Shown here: one piece after another, positions 40,294-50,420 of the stretch
How the letters are laid out: each line of letters begins with the position of its first letter
How positions within the stretch are numbered: the stretch's first letter is position 1
Origin: an uncultured Methanosarcinaceae archaeon
GTDB lineage: Archaea; Halobacteriota; Methanosarcinia; Methanosarcinales; Methanosarcinaceae
NCBI GenBank assembly: GCA_963847185.1
Contig: CAWJYV010000008.1
Coordinates: 768,001-832,000, forward strand
Direction: 5' to 3'
DNA: 64,000 bases
The notes under the pieces: model-generated
Databases searched by the model: none
Told to the model about the DNA's origin: nothing
Seen by the model: only the letters and a program-made list of their open reading frames with translations
Position numbers and translations under genes: made by a program

Positions 40294-41075
40294 TTATCGG
40301 TGCAAGCGGGATGCTTGGCTTCGATCTCTGTAAAGTGTTTCCTGAGGCTGTCAAGCTGACACACAGGGGACTTGATATCACAAAAAGAGATCAAGTTCTT
40401 GAGTTTATCCAGAAAATAAATCCGGATCTTGTAATAAATGCGGCTGCCTATACTGATGTTGAGGGATGTGAGGATAAGCAGGAATTGGCATTTCAGGTTA
40501 ATGGATATGGGCCAGGATACATCGCTGAAGCCTGCAATAAAATCGGGTCAACACTTGTCCACTTCAGCACGGACTATGTATTTGACGGGTCCAGGACTGA
40601 ATATATCGAGTCCGATACTCCCAATCCTATCAATGTATATGGCCGTTCAAAACTCCTTGGAGAACAGGAAATTGCAAAAAAGCTGGACGATTATAGGATT
40701 ATAAGGATTTCCTGGCTTTTTGGCATCCACGGAAAAAATTTTGTAGATACAATGCTGAAATTATCTGGTGAGATGGCCGAAGTTAAAGTTGTAAATGACC
40801 AGTTTGGAAAACCCACTTATACCTTAGACCTTGCACATAAAATTGCGGCTATTACTGAACTTGAAGCTGGCATATACCACATGACAAATGAAGGGGTATG
40901 TTCCTGGTACGAGTTTGCATCTGCCTTTATAGATAATGCTGTTCCATGTACAAGTGAAGAGTTTCCAAGAAAAGCCAAACGCCCAAAGTACTCAGTTCTT
41001 TTAAATACTAAAGCCGAGCCCATGAGGCACTGGAAAGAAGCACTTAAAGATTATCTTAAGGAGAGAAATGTATGA
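40266..41075 (+). CDS. rfbD: dTDP-4-dehydrorhamnose reductase
   Basis: GASGMLG, NAAAYT, STDYVFDG and YGRSK motifs. Confidence 0.95.
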   Translation: MVVGAIKTLIIGASGMLGFDLCKVFPEAVKLTHRGLDITKRDQVLEFIQKINPDLVINAAAYTDVEGCEDKQELAFQVNGYGPGYIAEACNKIGSTLVHFSTDYVFDGSRTEYIESDTPNPINVYGRSKLLGEQEIAKKLDDYRIIRISWLFGIHGKNFVDTMLKLSGEMAEVKVVNDQFGKPTYTLDLAHKIAAITELEAGIYHMTNEGVCSWYEFASAFIDNAVPCTSEEFPRKAKRPKYSVLLNTKAEPMRHWKEALKDYLKERNV

Positions 41076-41779
41076 AAGGCATAATACTCGCAGGCGGTAC
41101 CGGCAGCAGGCTCTACCCCCTGACTAAAGTCACAAACAAGCACCTTTTGCCTGTTTACGACAGGCCGATGATATTTTATCCTATCCAGACTCTTGTTGAT
41201 GCAGGGATCAAAGAGATTATGATCGTATCCGGTCGAGGTCATGCCGGACATTTTCTTGAGCTTCTGGGGTCAGGTGCAGATATCGGAGTTAAATTCACTT
41301 ACGAAATTCAAGAAGAAGCCGGAGGGATTGCACAGGCTTTAGGCCTTGCAGGGAGTTTTGCCGATGAAGACGATGTTACAGTAATTCTTGGAGACAATAT
41401 TTTCCAGGATAACATTAAAGAGGACGTCTCAAACTTTAAAGACGGTGCCAAAATTTTCTTAAAGGAAGTCCCTGATGCTCACAGGTTTGGAGTAGCTGAA
41501 CTAAAAGGCAATAAAGTAGCAGGAATAGTGGAAAAACCTCGTGAGCCAAAAAGCAATTTTGCGGTTACCGGCCTTTATATATATAGCAATAATGTGTTCA
41601 AAATTATTAAAAACCTTAAGCCTTCTGCAAGAGGGGAACTTGAGATTACTGATGTTAATAATTATTTTGTTAACAACGGAACTATGGAATATCGTATTCT
41701 GGATGGTTTCTGGAGTGATGCAGGTACCTTTGAAAGTTTATTGAGAGCCAGTTTGATAGTTAAAAATCAAATAAGTTGA
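41072..41779 (+). CDS. rfbA: Glucose-1-phosphate thymidylyltransferase (short form)
   Basis: GIILAGGTGSRLYPLT..KHLLPVY, LGDN and SARGELEITD motifs. Confidence 0.93.
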   Translation: MKGIILAGGTGSRLYPLTKVTNKHLLPVYDRPMIFYPIQTLVDAGIKEIMIVSGRGHAGHFLELLGSGADIGVKFTYEIQEEAGGIAQALGLAGSFADEDDVTVILGDNIFQDNIKEDVSNFKDGAKIFLKEVPDAHRFGVAELKGNKVAGIVEKPREPKSNFAVTGLYIYSNNVFKIIKNLKPSARGELEITDVNNYFVNNGTMEYRILDGFWSDAGTFESLLRASLIVKNQIS

Positions 41780-41958
41780 ATTTTAACTATTAATCCCTCT
41801 TTCCGCACTTGATCACAAATGTATAATTAATTTCCAATTATCCAAAAATTCTCGTCAAACGAAAGGCTGGATTTTAACCAATTTTCATTTTTTGAGAAAA
41901 TTAATGGCATTTTTGTGTTTGAGTGCGGAGGGTGGGATCAATCTTGATTTCAATTATT
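41770..41958. repeat. Long imperfect inverted repeat (~190-nt fold-back) after rfbA
   Basis: Nested stems ATCCC/GGGAT, TCCGCACT/AGTGCGGA, CACAAA/TTTGTG, ATTAATTT/AAATTAAT and TCGT/ACGA. Confidence 0.8.
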
Positions 41959-42150
41959 TAAAAATAGCTCATTAGAATGAAATTAAAGTTGTCAGCTACT
42001 AATTACGATGGTCATTTATTTACTTTAGTTTGAAATATTATTAAAATGGCTATATATTCAAAGGGTATAAATATCAAATATTTATTATATGAAGATTCAT
42101 ATAACGCTTAAAATATTTTTATCTGCCCAACTAAAGGAAAAAGAGTTAAA

Positions 42151-43563
42151 ATGAATACAGCCTCAAGAATCTTTAAAAATACCAGTGTATTAGCTTTTGG
42201 CCAGATCATTAGTTATGTACTGGGATTCTTTTATATTGTTTATATAGTTAGATACTTAGGTGCAGAAAGATTTGGAATTTTATCTTTTGCCCTAGCATTA
42301 AGTGCAATAGTAAAAATTTTTGTTGATTTTGGTTTAGATTCTTTAGCTGTAAGAGAGATATCAAGAGATCGATTATTAAGTAGAAAATATCTCGGAAATA
42401 TCTTTGCTATAAAACTCTTTCTTTCTATTATTTGTATTTTATTTATTGTCCTTATAATAAGCTTATTTAATTATTCAATAACAAAAGATAAAGTAATATT
42501 TCTCATATTTTTGTCAGTAATTATTGGCTCATTTAGCTCGACATTTAACTCTTTATTTAGCTCATATGAAAAGATGGAATATTTATCTGTAGGCACAATT
42601 TTGAATAGTGCTATCATGCTTATAGTCGCATTTTTAGTAATAAGTCATGGGTACGACATTGTAATGTTAGCATTTTTGATTTGTATAGTAAGCCTAATTA
42701 ATTTGCTATACACATTTATTGTTTGTATATCTAAGTTCGTAATTCCTTCTTTAGAAATAGACTTAAAATTTATCCGTTTACTTACAACAAATACGTGGCC
42801 ATTTTTTTTATCTGCAGTTGTAGATATCATTGCCTTTAAAATTGACATAGTCATGCTGTCCTCAATGAAGGGCGATCTAGCTGTAGGCTATTATTCTGCA
42901 GCATATAAGTTCTTAGAAGTTTTAATGTTCATCCCTTCGGCATTTGTGGGCTCCTTATTTCCTATATTCTCAAACTTTTACTTCTCTTCAATGGAATCTT
43001 TTAAATTACTGTATGAGAGGTCTTTTAAGTATTTATCAATTGTTGGGCTACCAATAGCAGTAGGTACAACTCTATTAGCGGAAAAAATAATCTTCTTTGT
43101 ATATAAGGAAGGATTTTCAGAATCCATTCTTGCACTTAAAGTACTCATTTGGACAGTGCCACTTATTTTTCTAACTTATTTTTTTGGAACAGTCATAGCT
43201 TCAATAAACAAGCAAATTATGGCTTTGAAAATTAATATTCTTTGTATGTTATTAAACATCGGATTAAATCTTATTCTCATCCCTCAATACAGCCTAATAG
43301 GTGCTTCAGTAGCAACAGTGATAACTTATATATTATCAGTAATTTTGTGTTTCTATTATGTTTCCAAGCATTTATGCAAAATCCAATTTCAGAGCTTTGC
43401 ATCAAAGATATTAATTGCAAACCTAATTATGGCACTATTTATTTTAAGTTTTATAAAAATGAACTTACTTTTAATAATTTTTATTTCGATATTAATATAT
43501 TTTGGGGTATTATTCCTTCTTGGAGTTATAACCAAGGCAGATTATGATTTATTAGCAGATTAA
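42151..43563 (+). CDS. Wzx-like polysaccharide/oligosaccharide flippase (MOP superfamily)
   Basis: Highly hydrophobic 470 aa; RYLGAERFG, DIVML..VGYYSAA and LNLILIP..GA motifs. Confidence 0.92.
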   Translation: MNTASRIFKNTSVLAFGQIISYVLGFFYIVYIVRYLGAERFGILSFALALSAIVKIFVDFGLDSLAVREISRDRLLSRKYLGNIFAIKLFLSIICILFIVLIISLFNYSITKDKVIFLIFLSVIIGSFSSTFNSLFSSYEKMEYLSVGTILNSAIMLIVAFLVISHGYDIVMLAFLICIVSLINLLYTFIVCISKFVIPSLEIDLKFIRLLTTNTWPFFLSAVVDIIAFKIDIVMLSSMKGDLAVGYYSAAYKFLEVLMFIPSAFVGSLFPIFSNFYFSSMESFKLLYERSFKYLSIVGLPIAVGTTLLAEKIIFFVYKEGFSESILALKVLIWTVPLIFLTYFFGTVIASINKQIMALKINILCMLLNIGLNLILIPQYSLIGASVATVITYILSVILCFYYVSKHLCKIQFQSFASKILIANLIMALFILSFIKMNLLLIIFISILIYFGVLFLLGVITKADYDLLAD

Positions 43564-43717
43564 GATCAAAAATATTTATACTAATCCTTTAAATAGGAAG
43601 TTTATCCCAAAAATTAAAGAATTCCAAGTATTTATTTCGGATGAGGAATTTTAGTAGTTATTCTAGGTGGAGTATTTATAAGGCTGTTAAGTTTTGAGGT
43701 CGGCTTGAGGAAACCGT

Positions 43718-44641
43718 ATGATTAATCAAGAGCCAAAGGTAAGTGTTGTAATTCCAACATATAACAGGGCACATTTAATCTCGAGGGCAATTCGGAGTGT
43801 TTTAAATCAGAGTTATCAGAACTTAGAGATCGTTATTGTTGACGATGGTTCAATGGATGATACAGAGGATACTGTAAGAAGCTTCAAAGACGTTCGAATT
43901 GTATATATTCGACATGAGATAAATAAAGGAGCTTCAGCAGCAAGAAATACAGGGATCAAAGCTTCTAGAGGAGAATACATTGCATTTCAAGATAGCGATG
44001 ATGAGTGGTTTCCAGATAAACTAGATCATCAAATGAAGGCTTTCAATAATGGTCCCTCTAAACTCGGAATCGTCTATTGTGGGTTTTACAGAATAGAGTC
44101 TGACAAAAAGACATACATCCCAGGCGATAATATTGCTCAAAAAGAGGGTGATATACATAACGAACTTCTCAAAGGGAACTTTATCGGAACGCCAGCAGTC
44201 CTTATTAAGAAAGAGTGTTTCGAGAATATAAAATATTTTGATGAGAACATTCCTGCTTTAGAAGATTGGGAGCTATGGATTGAGCTTTCAAAATATTACT
44301 CCTTCAAATATATAAATAAACCCTTGTTATGTTCATATTCTACGCCCAATAGTGTTAATCTTAATCACAAAAATCTGCTTAAGGCTCACGAAATCATTTT
44401 AGCAACTCATTTAAGTGACTTTAATAAAAATAAAAGCATTTTATCAGATCATTATTTTAACATTGCTGTCGATTTCTACTCGAACGGCGATTTCAGAAGT
44501 GGAAAAAATTATCTAATAAACTCTATAAAAGCAAATCCTCTGAATACTAAAGCAATTTTACGTCTTATCATCTTGCTCTCTGGTCAAAAGACTTACCTTA
44601 AACTTCGATACATTTATCTAAAAACATTGGGTAGAATATAA
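43718..44641 (+). CDS. Glycosyltransferase family 2
   Basis: VSVVIPTYN, VDDGS, ARNTG, FQDSDD and EDW motifs. Confidence 0.93.
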   Translation: MINQEPKVSVVIPTYNRAHLISRAIRSVLNQSYQNLEIVIVDDGSMDDTEDTVRSFKDVRIVYIRHEINKGASAARNTGIKASRGEYIAFQDSDDEWFPDKLDHQMKAFNNGPSKLGIVYCGFYRIESDKKTYIPGDNIAQKEGDIHNELLKGNFIGTPAVLIKKECFENIKYFDENIPALEDWELWIELSKYYSFKYINKPLLCSYSTPNSVNLNHKNLLKAHEIILATHLSDFNKNKSILSDHYFNIAVDFYSNGDFRSGKNYLINSIKANPLNTKAILRLIILLSGQKTYLKLRYIYLKTLGRI

Positions 44642-44743
44642 AAATAGTCAAAAATGAAAGTAAGTCGATAAGTTTAAGAGATAAATTTTTCTTCTTGTAT
44701 TTAAGTTACATTAAGACATCAGTTTAATGGAGACCCAAAACTT

Positions 44744-45747
44744 TTGAAAATCTCTATCGCTCTTTGTACTTACAACGGTGTTGAATTTTTACAGGAACAA
44801 CTTGAGAGTATAGCTCTTCAGACTCGAATTCCAGATGAAATGGTTATTTGTGATGATCGATCAAAGGACGATACATTAGAAATTTTAAGAAACTTTTCAT
44901 CTAAAGTTTCTTTCCCTGTAAGAATATTTCTCAATGAAAAAAATCTAGGTTCTACTAAGAATTTTGAAAAGGCTATTAAATTGTGCACGGGCGATATTAT
45001 TTTTCTATCTGATCAGGATGATGTTTGGAATCCCGATAAATTAGAAAAAATTGAAAAATTATTCTCAATCTCTCCTTCTACGGCACTTATTTTTTCAGAT
45101 GCGGAATTAGTAGATGAAAATTTAAGACCTTTAGGATATACTCTATGGAAATCCATTGGGTTTAGTAAAAAAGAACAAAGTAACTTTACTCACGGTAAAT
45201 TTATTGAAGTATTACTTAAACGGAATGTTGTAACGGGCTCAACAATGGCATTTCGTTCGGAATTTAAGCAGCTATTTTTCCCGATTTCTGATATTTGGGT
45301 TCACGATGGGTGGATCGCATTATTAATTGCTTTTGCGTCAGATTTGGGCATGATCTCAGAGCCCCTTATTAAGTATCGTCAGCATCATATGCAGCAAGTG
45401 GGAGCTGGTGATGAGCCTTTAAATATATATGACAGAATTCATAGAAAAACAGCCAGTTGAGAAATCTAAAGTCTAGTTTCTATAATTTTCAGCCTGAGTG
45501 TGCCAGATACAAGTTAGCTTATGAGCATTTAGTTAACTCTCGTTTTCCTTCTATAAAAAGAGATAAGATTTCACTTCTTAAGGCTCGATTCACTCATTTT
45601 TGTATACGTGCTAATTTACCTGCAAAAAGAATAAGAAGAATTCCTCTTATTGTAAAAGAGTTACTGAACATGAATTACCACCGTTATTCCGAAGGTATTT
45701 CCAGTTTTGTTGGGGATTTTCTTCGTGATAATAATATTAAGGAATAA
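44744..45747 (+). CDS. Glycosyltransferase family 2 (rhamnosyltransferase-like), split by a -1 frameshift near 45440-45460
   Basis: SIALCTYNG, DDRSKD, DQDD, HDGW and YRQH in the first ORF. The second ORF (45457-45747) reads like the usual helical C-terminus. Confidence 0.8.
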
Positions 45748-45779
45748 GTTAAGGAATAAGTAAATTTGCCGGAGTAACA

Positions 45780-46802
45780 ATGAATCCAAAAGTCGCCATC
45801 ATAATCCTTAACTGGAATGGTTGGGAAGATACTATAGAATGTTTGGAATCTGTTTATCAGATTGCATATCCCCTTTACGATGTTATCGTGGTTGACAACG
45901 GTTCAAAAGACGATTCTATACAAAAAATAAAATACTATGCAGAAGGGAAAATCAAAGCTAAATCCAGATTCTTTGATTATTCCTCCGAAAATAAACCTAT
46001 TTATTTAATGGAATATTCCAAAAGGGACCTGGAATCCTCAGCTTCGATAAAAGAAACCATTAAAAACCCGATTTCAAGAAATAACCTGATTCTTATAAAA
46101 AATGATGATAACTATGGATTTGCTGAAGGAAACAATATTGGTATTAGATTTGCTTTAAACAACCTTAATCCGGATTATATTCTTTTACTTAATAACGATG
46201 CTGTTGTAGATCCTTATTTTTTAAATGAGCTGATAAATGTAGCAGAAAATGATGTGCATATAGGGATTTTAGGGCCAACAGTATACGAATATAAAAATCC
46301 TAATGAAATTCAATCCGCTGGCGCAAAAATTTATTGGAGCAAAGGTGAAACAGTTAACCTGACCTCACATGAAAGTAAATACTCTGACGAACCTGAAGAT
46401 GTAGATAGTGTGATAGGTTGCGCATTGCTTGCAAAAGCTGAATTATTCTATAAAATTGGGTATTTGAATAAGGACTATTTTGCATATATGGAAGAAACTG
46501 AGTGGTGTGTGCGCGCTCACAAAGAGTCGTATAGAATAGTCTATGTGCCAAGAGGAAAAATCTGGCATAAGGGTGGAGCTACAAGCAGCAAAATAACTGG
46601 TTTTACTCTCTATTACCATACGAGGAATAAGTTTTGGTTTATGAGAAAGCATTCCTCCAAAAAACAATACTTTTCTTTTTTAGTTTATTTTTTTGGATTT
46701 AGATTCTGGATGGTTATTTGTGGTATTTTTTACCGTCAAAAAAGTAAGGAAATTTTGCCGTCTATTATTTCTTTCTTGAAAGGAATTAGGGATGGATTAT
46801 GA
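45780..46802 (+). CDS. Glycosyltransferase family 2
   Basis: IIILNWNG, VDNGS, NYGFAEGNN, LLNND and EETEW motifs. Confidence 0.93.
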   Translation: MNPKVAIIILNWNGWEDTIECLESVYQIAYPLYDVIVVDNGSKDDSIQKIKYYAEGKIKAKSRFFDYSSENKPIYLMEYSKRDLESSASIKETIKNPISRNNLILIKNDDNYGFAEGNNIGIRFALNNLNPDYILLLNNDAVVDPYFLNELINVAENDVHIGILGPTVYEYKNPNEIQSAGAKIYWSKGETVNLTSHESKYSDEPEDVDSVIGCALLAKAELFYKIGYLNKDYFAYMEETEWCVRAHKESYRIVYVPRGKIWHKGGATSSKITGFTLYYHTRNKFWFMRKHSSKKQYFSFLVYFFGFRFWMVICGIFYRQKSKEILPSIISFLKGIRDGL

Positions 46803-46809
46803 CTCGAGA

Positions 46810-47874
46810 TCAGAACTCTTTATATACTTTCAATGTTTTTTTTGCCGAATCTTCCCAGCTAAATATTTTTGATCTTTCAAGTCCCTTTTTTATCATTTCT
46901 TCTCTTAGCCCTTCATTAGTTAATACTTCATACATTTCTTCGGCAAATTTGTTTGCATCATAAGGATCTACAGTTATAGCAGCTTCTCCCACAACTTCCG
47001 GCAAAGAAGAAGTATTTGAGGTTATAACCGGTGTCCCACAAGCCATTGCTTCCAGAGGGGGTATTCCGAATCCTTCATATAAAGAAGGAAATACAAACAA
47101 ATCCACAGCGTTGTATATCTCTGCCAATTCGTTCTCTGACACATATCCTGCAAAGATAACATCTTTCTGTAAATTTAAGGACTCAATATGATTCAGGAGT
47201 TTTCCTCTTACTCCTACATCGTTTGGCAAACCTACTTTTAACAATTTTACCTTCTGAAGTTTGTCTTTTAATTTGCTGAATGAGTTTATTAAAAAATGAA
47301 CGTTTTTTCTCGGGTCTTCTGCTCCCACATACAGGACTACCCGCTCATCTTCCTCTATCTTATATTTTTTTAAAGCTTTTCTGTTTCGATTTAAATAATA
47401 TAAATTATAATCTACCGCAGGAGGTATAATCTCTATATTTTCTTCTGGGGCTTTTATATATTTAATTATATCTAGTTTGGAGAATTCAGATATTGTTATT
47501 ATTTTTTCTGCTTTTTTCAGTCCTTTTGCATTGAGTTTCCAAGTAGGATTTAGGGTATTATAATATGCTATAGGTATGATATCGTAGCAGGTGACAATGG
47601 TCTTTTTTAAATCCATTAGCTCCAACAGAAATGCAAGATCCTGACGGGTCACATGCTTAATGTTAGCTTTACTTACTTTTTTTTTCACGATGAGTGGATA
47701 TGCGAGATATTCCACAATTTTATTGACCCCAACTACCTTTACTGCTTTTGATGCATCTGGATACTCTATCCGGTTTAATCTGACATTTTCTAACCTGCTG
47801 TGGATTTCACTTTGATATTTTGACATTCCGAATATCTTATCAGTTTTTAGGCCGTTTATGTAATCAATTTCCAT
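46810..47874 (-). CDS. Glycosyltransferase family 4 (GT-B)
   Basis: PRKN and [22 protein letters not shown] motifs. Confidence 0.93.
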   Translation of the reverse strand: MEIDYINGLKTDKIFGMSKYQSEIHSRLENVRLNRIEYPDASKAVKVVGVNKIVEYLAYPLIVKKKVSKANIKHVTRQDLAFLLELMDLKKTIVTCYDIIPIAYYNTLNPTWKLNAKGLKKAEKIITISEFSKLDIIKYIKAPEENIEIIPPAVDYNLYYLNRNRKALKKYKIEEDERVVLYVGAEDPRKNVHFLINSFSKLKDKLQKVKLLKVGLPNDVGVRGKLLNHIESLNLQKDVIFAGYVSENELAEIYNAVDLFVFPSLYEGFGIPPLEAMACGTPVITSNTSSLPEVVGEAAITVDPYDANKFAEEMYEVLTNEGLREEMIKKGLERSKIFSWEDSAKKTLKVYKEF

Positions 47875-47944
47875 GTTTTACTTCCCCAAAAACTCAATAC
47901 TCCTGCATCGAATTTTAATTTCACTCTAAATACATGTTTTGGTT

Positions 47945-49057
47945 TTATTTTGAATCACACATCTTTTTTTGTTTCTTTACATACAGTTCTTCAATTCTAA
48001 CAACTACTTCGCTCCAGTCCAGTAATCCTTCATTTTTTTCCGAGTTATTTAGTTTTTCTACTTTTTTCATTTCTTTAATTGCCTTGACAACTTTATCTTT
48101 TGTTGGGGGCTTCTCTATTCCAATGCAATTTATTCCATTTACAAATTCGTCAAGTGCACTTCCTTTTGCAACCACACATGGAACTCCTGAAGCTAGCGAC
48201 TCTGCAACCGTAATTCCATATGATTCATGGGAAGAAAGCATTAAGAATATATCAGCATCTGCATAACATTCAAGAAGTTCTTTTCTTGAGAGATCTTTTA
48301 ACCATTCTATTCTTTCTGTCACTTTAAGATTTTCTGCCATATTGTGCAGTTCCTTTTCGTAAGGCCCTTTCCCTACAATCTTTAATCTGAAATTTCGAAG
48401 CTCAGGTAAACTCTGAATGATGTATTGAACCCCTTTATATTCTTCAAGGCGTCCTACGTAGAGAAGCACCTTTTCTTTCTTTTCATGTCCTTTTTTATCA
48501 TTTCTTTGACTTTTCAGATTCTCAAATTCTGAGAGATTAAGCCCATTTGGAATTTTTGTGATTTTCCCCGTGACATCAAAATCAGATTCTACCAGCCCTT
48601 TTTCATATTCGGATATACATATAACAGCATCCGCACGAGAAAATATTATTTTTCCAAAGAATTTGTAGGGCTTATGGAGTAGATTTCTAAATGGAGTGTG
48701 TCCTCCACGATGGTAATACGGAGAGAATACAAACTTTTTTTTGCGCTCGCTTAGAGCTGCAAAAAGAGCCGGAAGAGCATGATAACTATGAGCATGGATA
48801 ACGTCGTAATTGTGATTCTTTAAATAGCTGTATATTTGTGGAGCAAAAAAGTATGCATTTCCTGGAGCATACGATTTGAATCTTGTAATCTTCACTCCCT
48901 TTATTACATCTTTTTTTTTCAGTTTTCCGCTGGGATCCGTAGTAATTACTTCTATCTCGTGGCCCTTTGAAACCAGTCTTTCACTAATTTCTTTGACGTC
49001 GGTTTCAACTCCTCCAATCTCAGGGAAATATCTGGGGCAAACCTGTGCGATCTTCAA
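47945..49057 (-). CDS. Glycosyltransferase family 4 (GT-B)
   Basis: GGVE, VGRLEEYKG and ESYGITVAESLASG motifs. Confidence 0.93.
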   Translation of the reverse strand: MKIAQVCPRYFPEIGGVETDVKEISERLVSKGHEIEVITTDPSGKLKKKDVIKGVKITRFKSYAPGNAYFFAPQIYSYLKNHNYDVIHAHSYHALPALFAALSERKKKFVFSPYYHRGGHTPFRNLLHKPYKFFGKIIFSRADAVICISEYEKGLVESDFDVTGKITKIPNGLNLSEFENLKSQRNDKKGHEKKEKVLLYVGRLEEYKGVQYIIQSLPELRNFRLKIVGKGPYEKELHNMAENLKVTERIEWLKDLSRKELLECYADADIFLMLSSHESYGITVAESLASGVPCVVAKGSALDEFVNGINCIGIEKPPTKDKVVKAIKEMKKVEKLNNSEKNEGLLDWSEVVVRIEELYVKKQKKMCDSK

Positions 49058-49124
49058 TAAGAAAACCTCTCTTTAAGGTCTAATGCATTAGCTTAATATA
49101 AAGATAATGTGATAGTTAAGGCAA

Positions 49125-50279
49125 ATGACATCTAATAAAAGTATTTGCATAGTCGGGCCTTCAAAGCGCTTTTTAAGTGGTATCAGTTATTATACTATCC
49201 GTCTGGCCAATGCAATGTCCGAGAAAAAGAATGTCTCTGTCGTTTGCTTCAGGCAGCTGCTTCCAACCTTTCTTTTTCCTGGCAAATCCCATGTAGGAAA
49301 AAATATCTCGGATCTGAATTTTTCGCCTGCGATTCCTGTCTTTGATGGCATGGACTATAATAATCCTTTTACCTGGGCAAAAGCATACAGCTTTCTTAAA
49401 ACTGAAAAACCGGATATTATAGTTTTGCAGTGGTGGACTTCTTCAGTCGCACACATGCAGCTAATGTTAAAAATGTTTGCAGGCCTGTTACATAAACCCA
49501 AAATAATTGTGGAGTTTCATGAAGTCGTGGACCCTTTTGAAGAATCGATACTTCCTATCCGTTTATATTCAAAAATAACGGGAAAACTGCTTCGCAAAAA
49601 CCTTGATGCGTACATCACCCATTCGGAATCGGACAAACAGCTTGTCGCAGAAAGGTATTCTATTAATCCTGAAAAGATCCATGTAATTCCACACGGGCTC
49701 TATGATCAGTACGGGGAATTACTTGAGAGAAATGAAGCAATAAAAAACCTTTCTATCAATGAAGAATTTGTTATTCTCTCTTTCGGTTTAATTCGCAAAT
49801 ATAAAGGAATTCCCTATCTAATCAGGGCTTTTGAGCAGCTTCCCTCAAAAATTACAGAGAAAAGCAGGCTGCTTATTGTCGGAGAAGTCTGGGAAGATCG
49901 AAAAGAACTGCTTGATCAGATTATCTCTTCTCCTCTTCGAGATAGAATCACACTGGTAGATGAATATGTTCCTGACGAGAAAGTTAATGTTTATTTCAGC
50001 GCTGCGGACGTGGTAGTTTTGCCTTATTTAAGGGCTTCTCAGAGTGGAATTGCTCACATTGCCATGTCTTTTGGAAAACCTGTCGTAGTTTCCGAGGTAG
50101 GTGGCTTGAAAGAATCAATGGCTGGCTATAAAGGAACTTTTTTTGTCCCTCCGGGAGATGTGGAATCCATTCAAAAAGCTGTTTTAAGTCAGTTTGGAAA
50201 TAAAAAGTATTATGAAGCTCCTGATCAGAAATGGGATAAAATTATAAACTGTTATATTGAATTAATAGAATCGGTTTGA
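49125..50279 (+). CDS. Glycosyltransferase family 4 (GT-B)
   Basis: FGLIRKYKG, LPY..ASQSG and PVVVSEVGGL motifs. Confidence 0.92.
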   Translation: MTSNKSICIVGPSKRFLSGISYYTIRLANAMSEKKNVSVVCFRQLLPTFLFPGKSHVGKNISDLNFSPAIPVFDGMDYNNPFTWAKAYSFLKTEKPDIIVLQWWTSSVAHMQLMLKMFAGLLHKPKIIVEFHEVVDPFEESILPIRLYSKITGKLLRKNLDAYITHSESDKQLVAERYSINPEKIHVIPHGLYDQYGELLERNEAIKNLSINEEFVILSFGLIRKYKGIPYLIRAFEQLPSKITEKSRLLIVGEVWEDRKELLDQIISSPLRDRITLVDEYVPDEKVNVYFSAADVVVLPYLRASQSGIAHIAMSFGKPVVVSEVGGLKESMAGYKGTFFVPPGDVESIQKAVLSQFGNKKYYEAPDQKWDKIINCYIELIESV

Positions 50280-50420
50280 TTTTCTTTTCTATAGTTCTAC
50301 ACTGATTGAGGAAATTAGATAGAATTATTAACTGTTAATTGAATTAATAGTATCTATTTGATTTTCTTTTCTATATTTCTATACTAATTGAGAAAAATTT
50401 ACCTCTTAAAGAGGATCATC

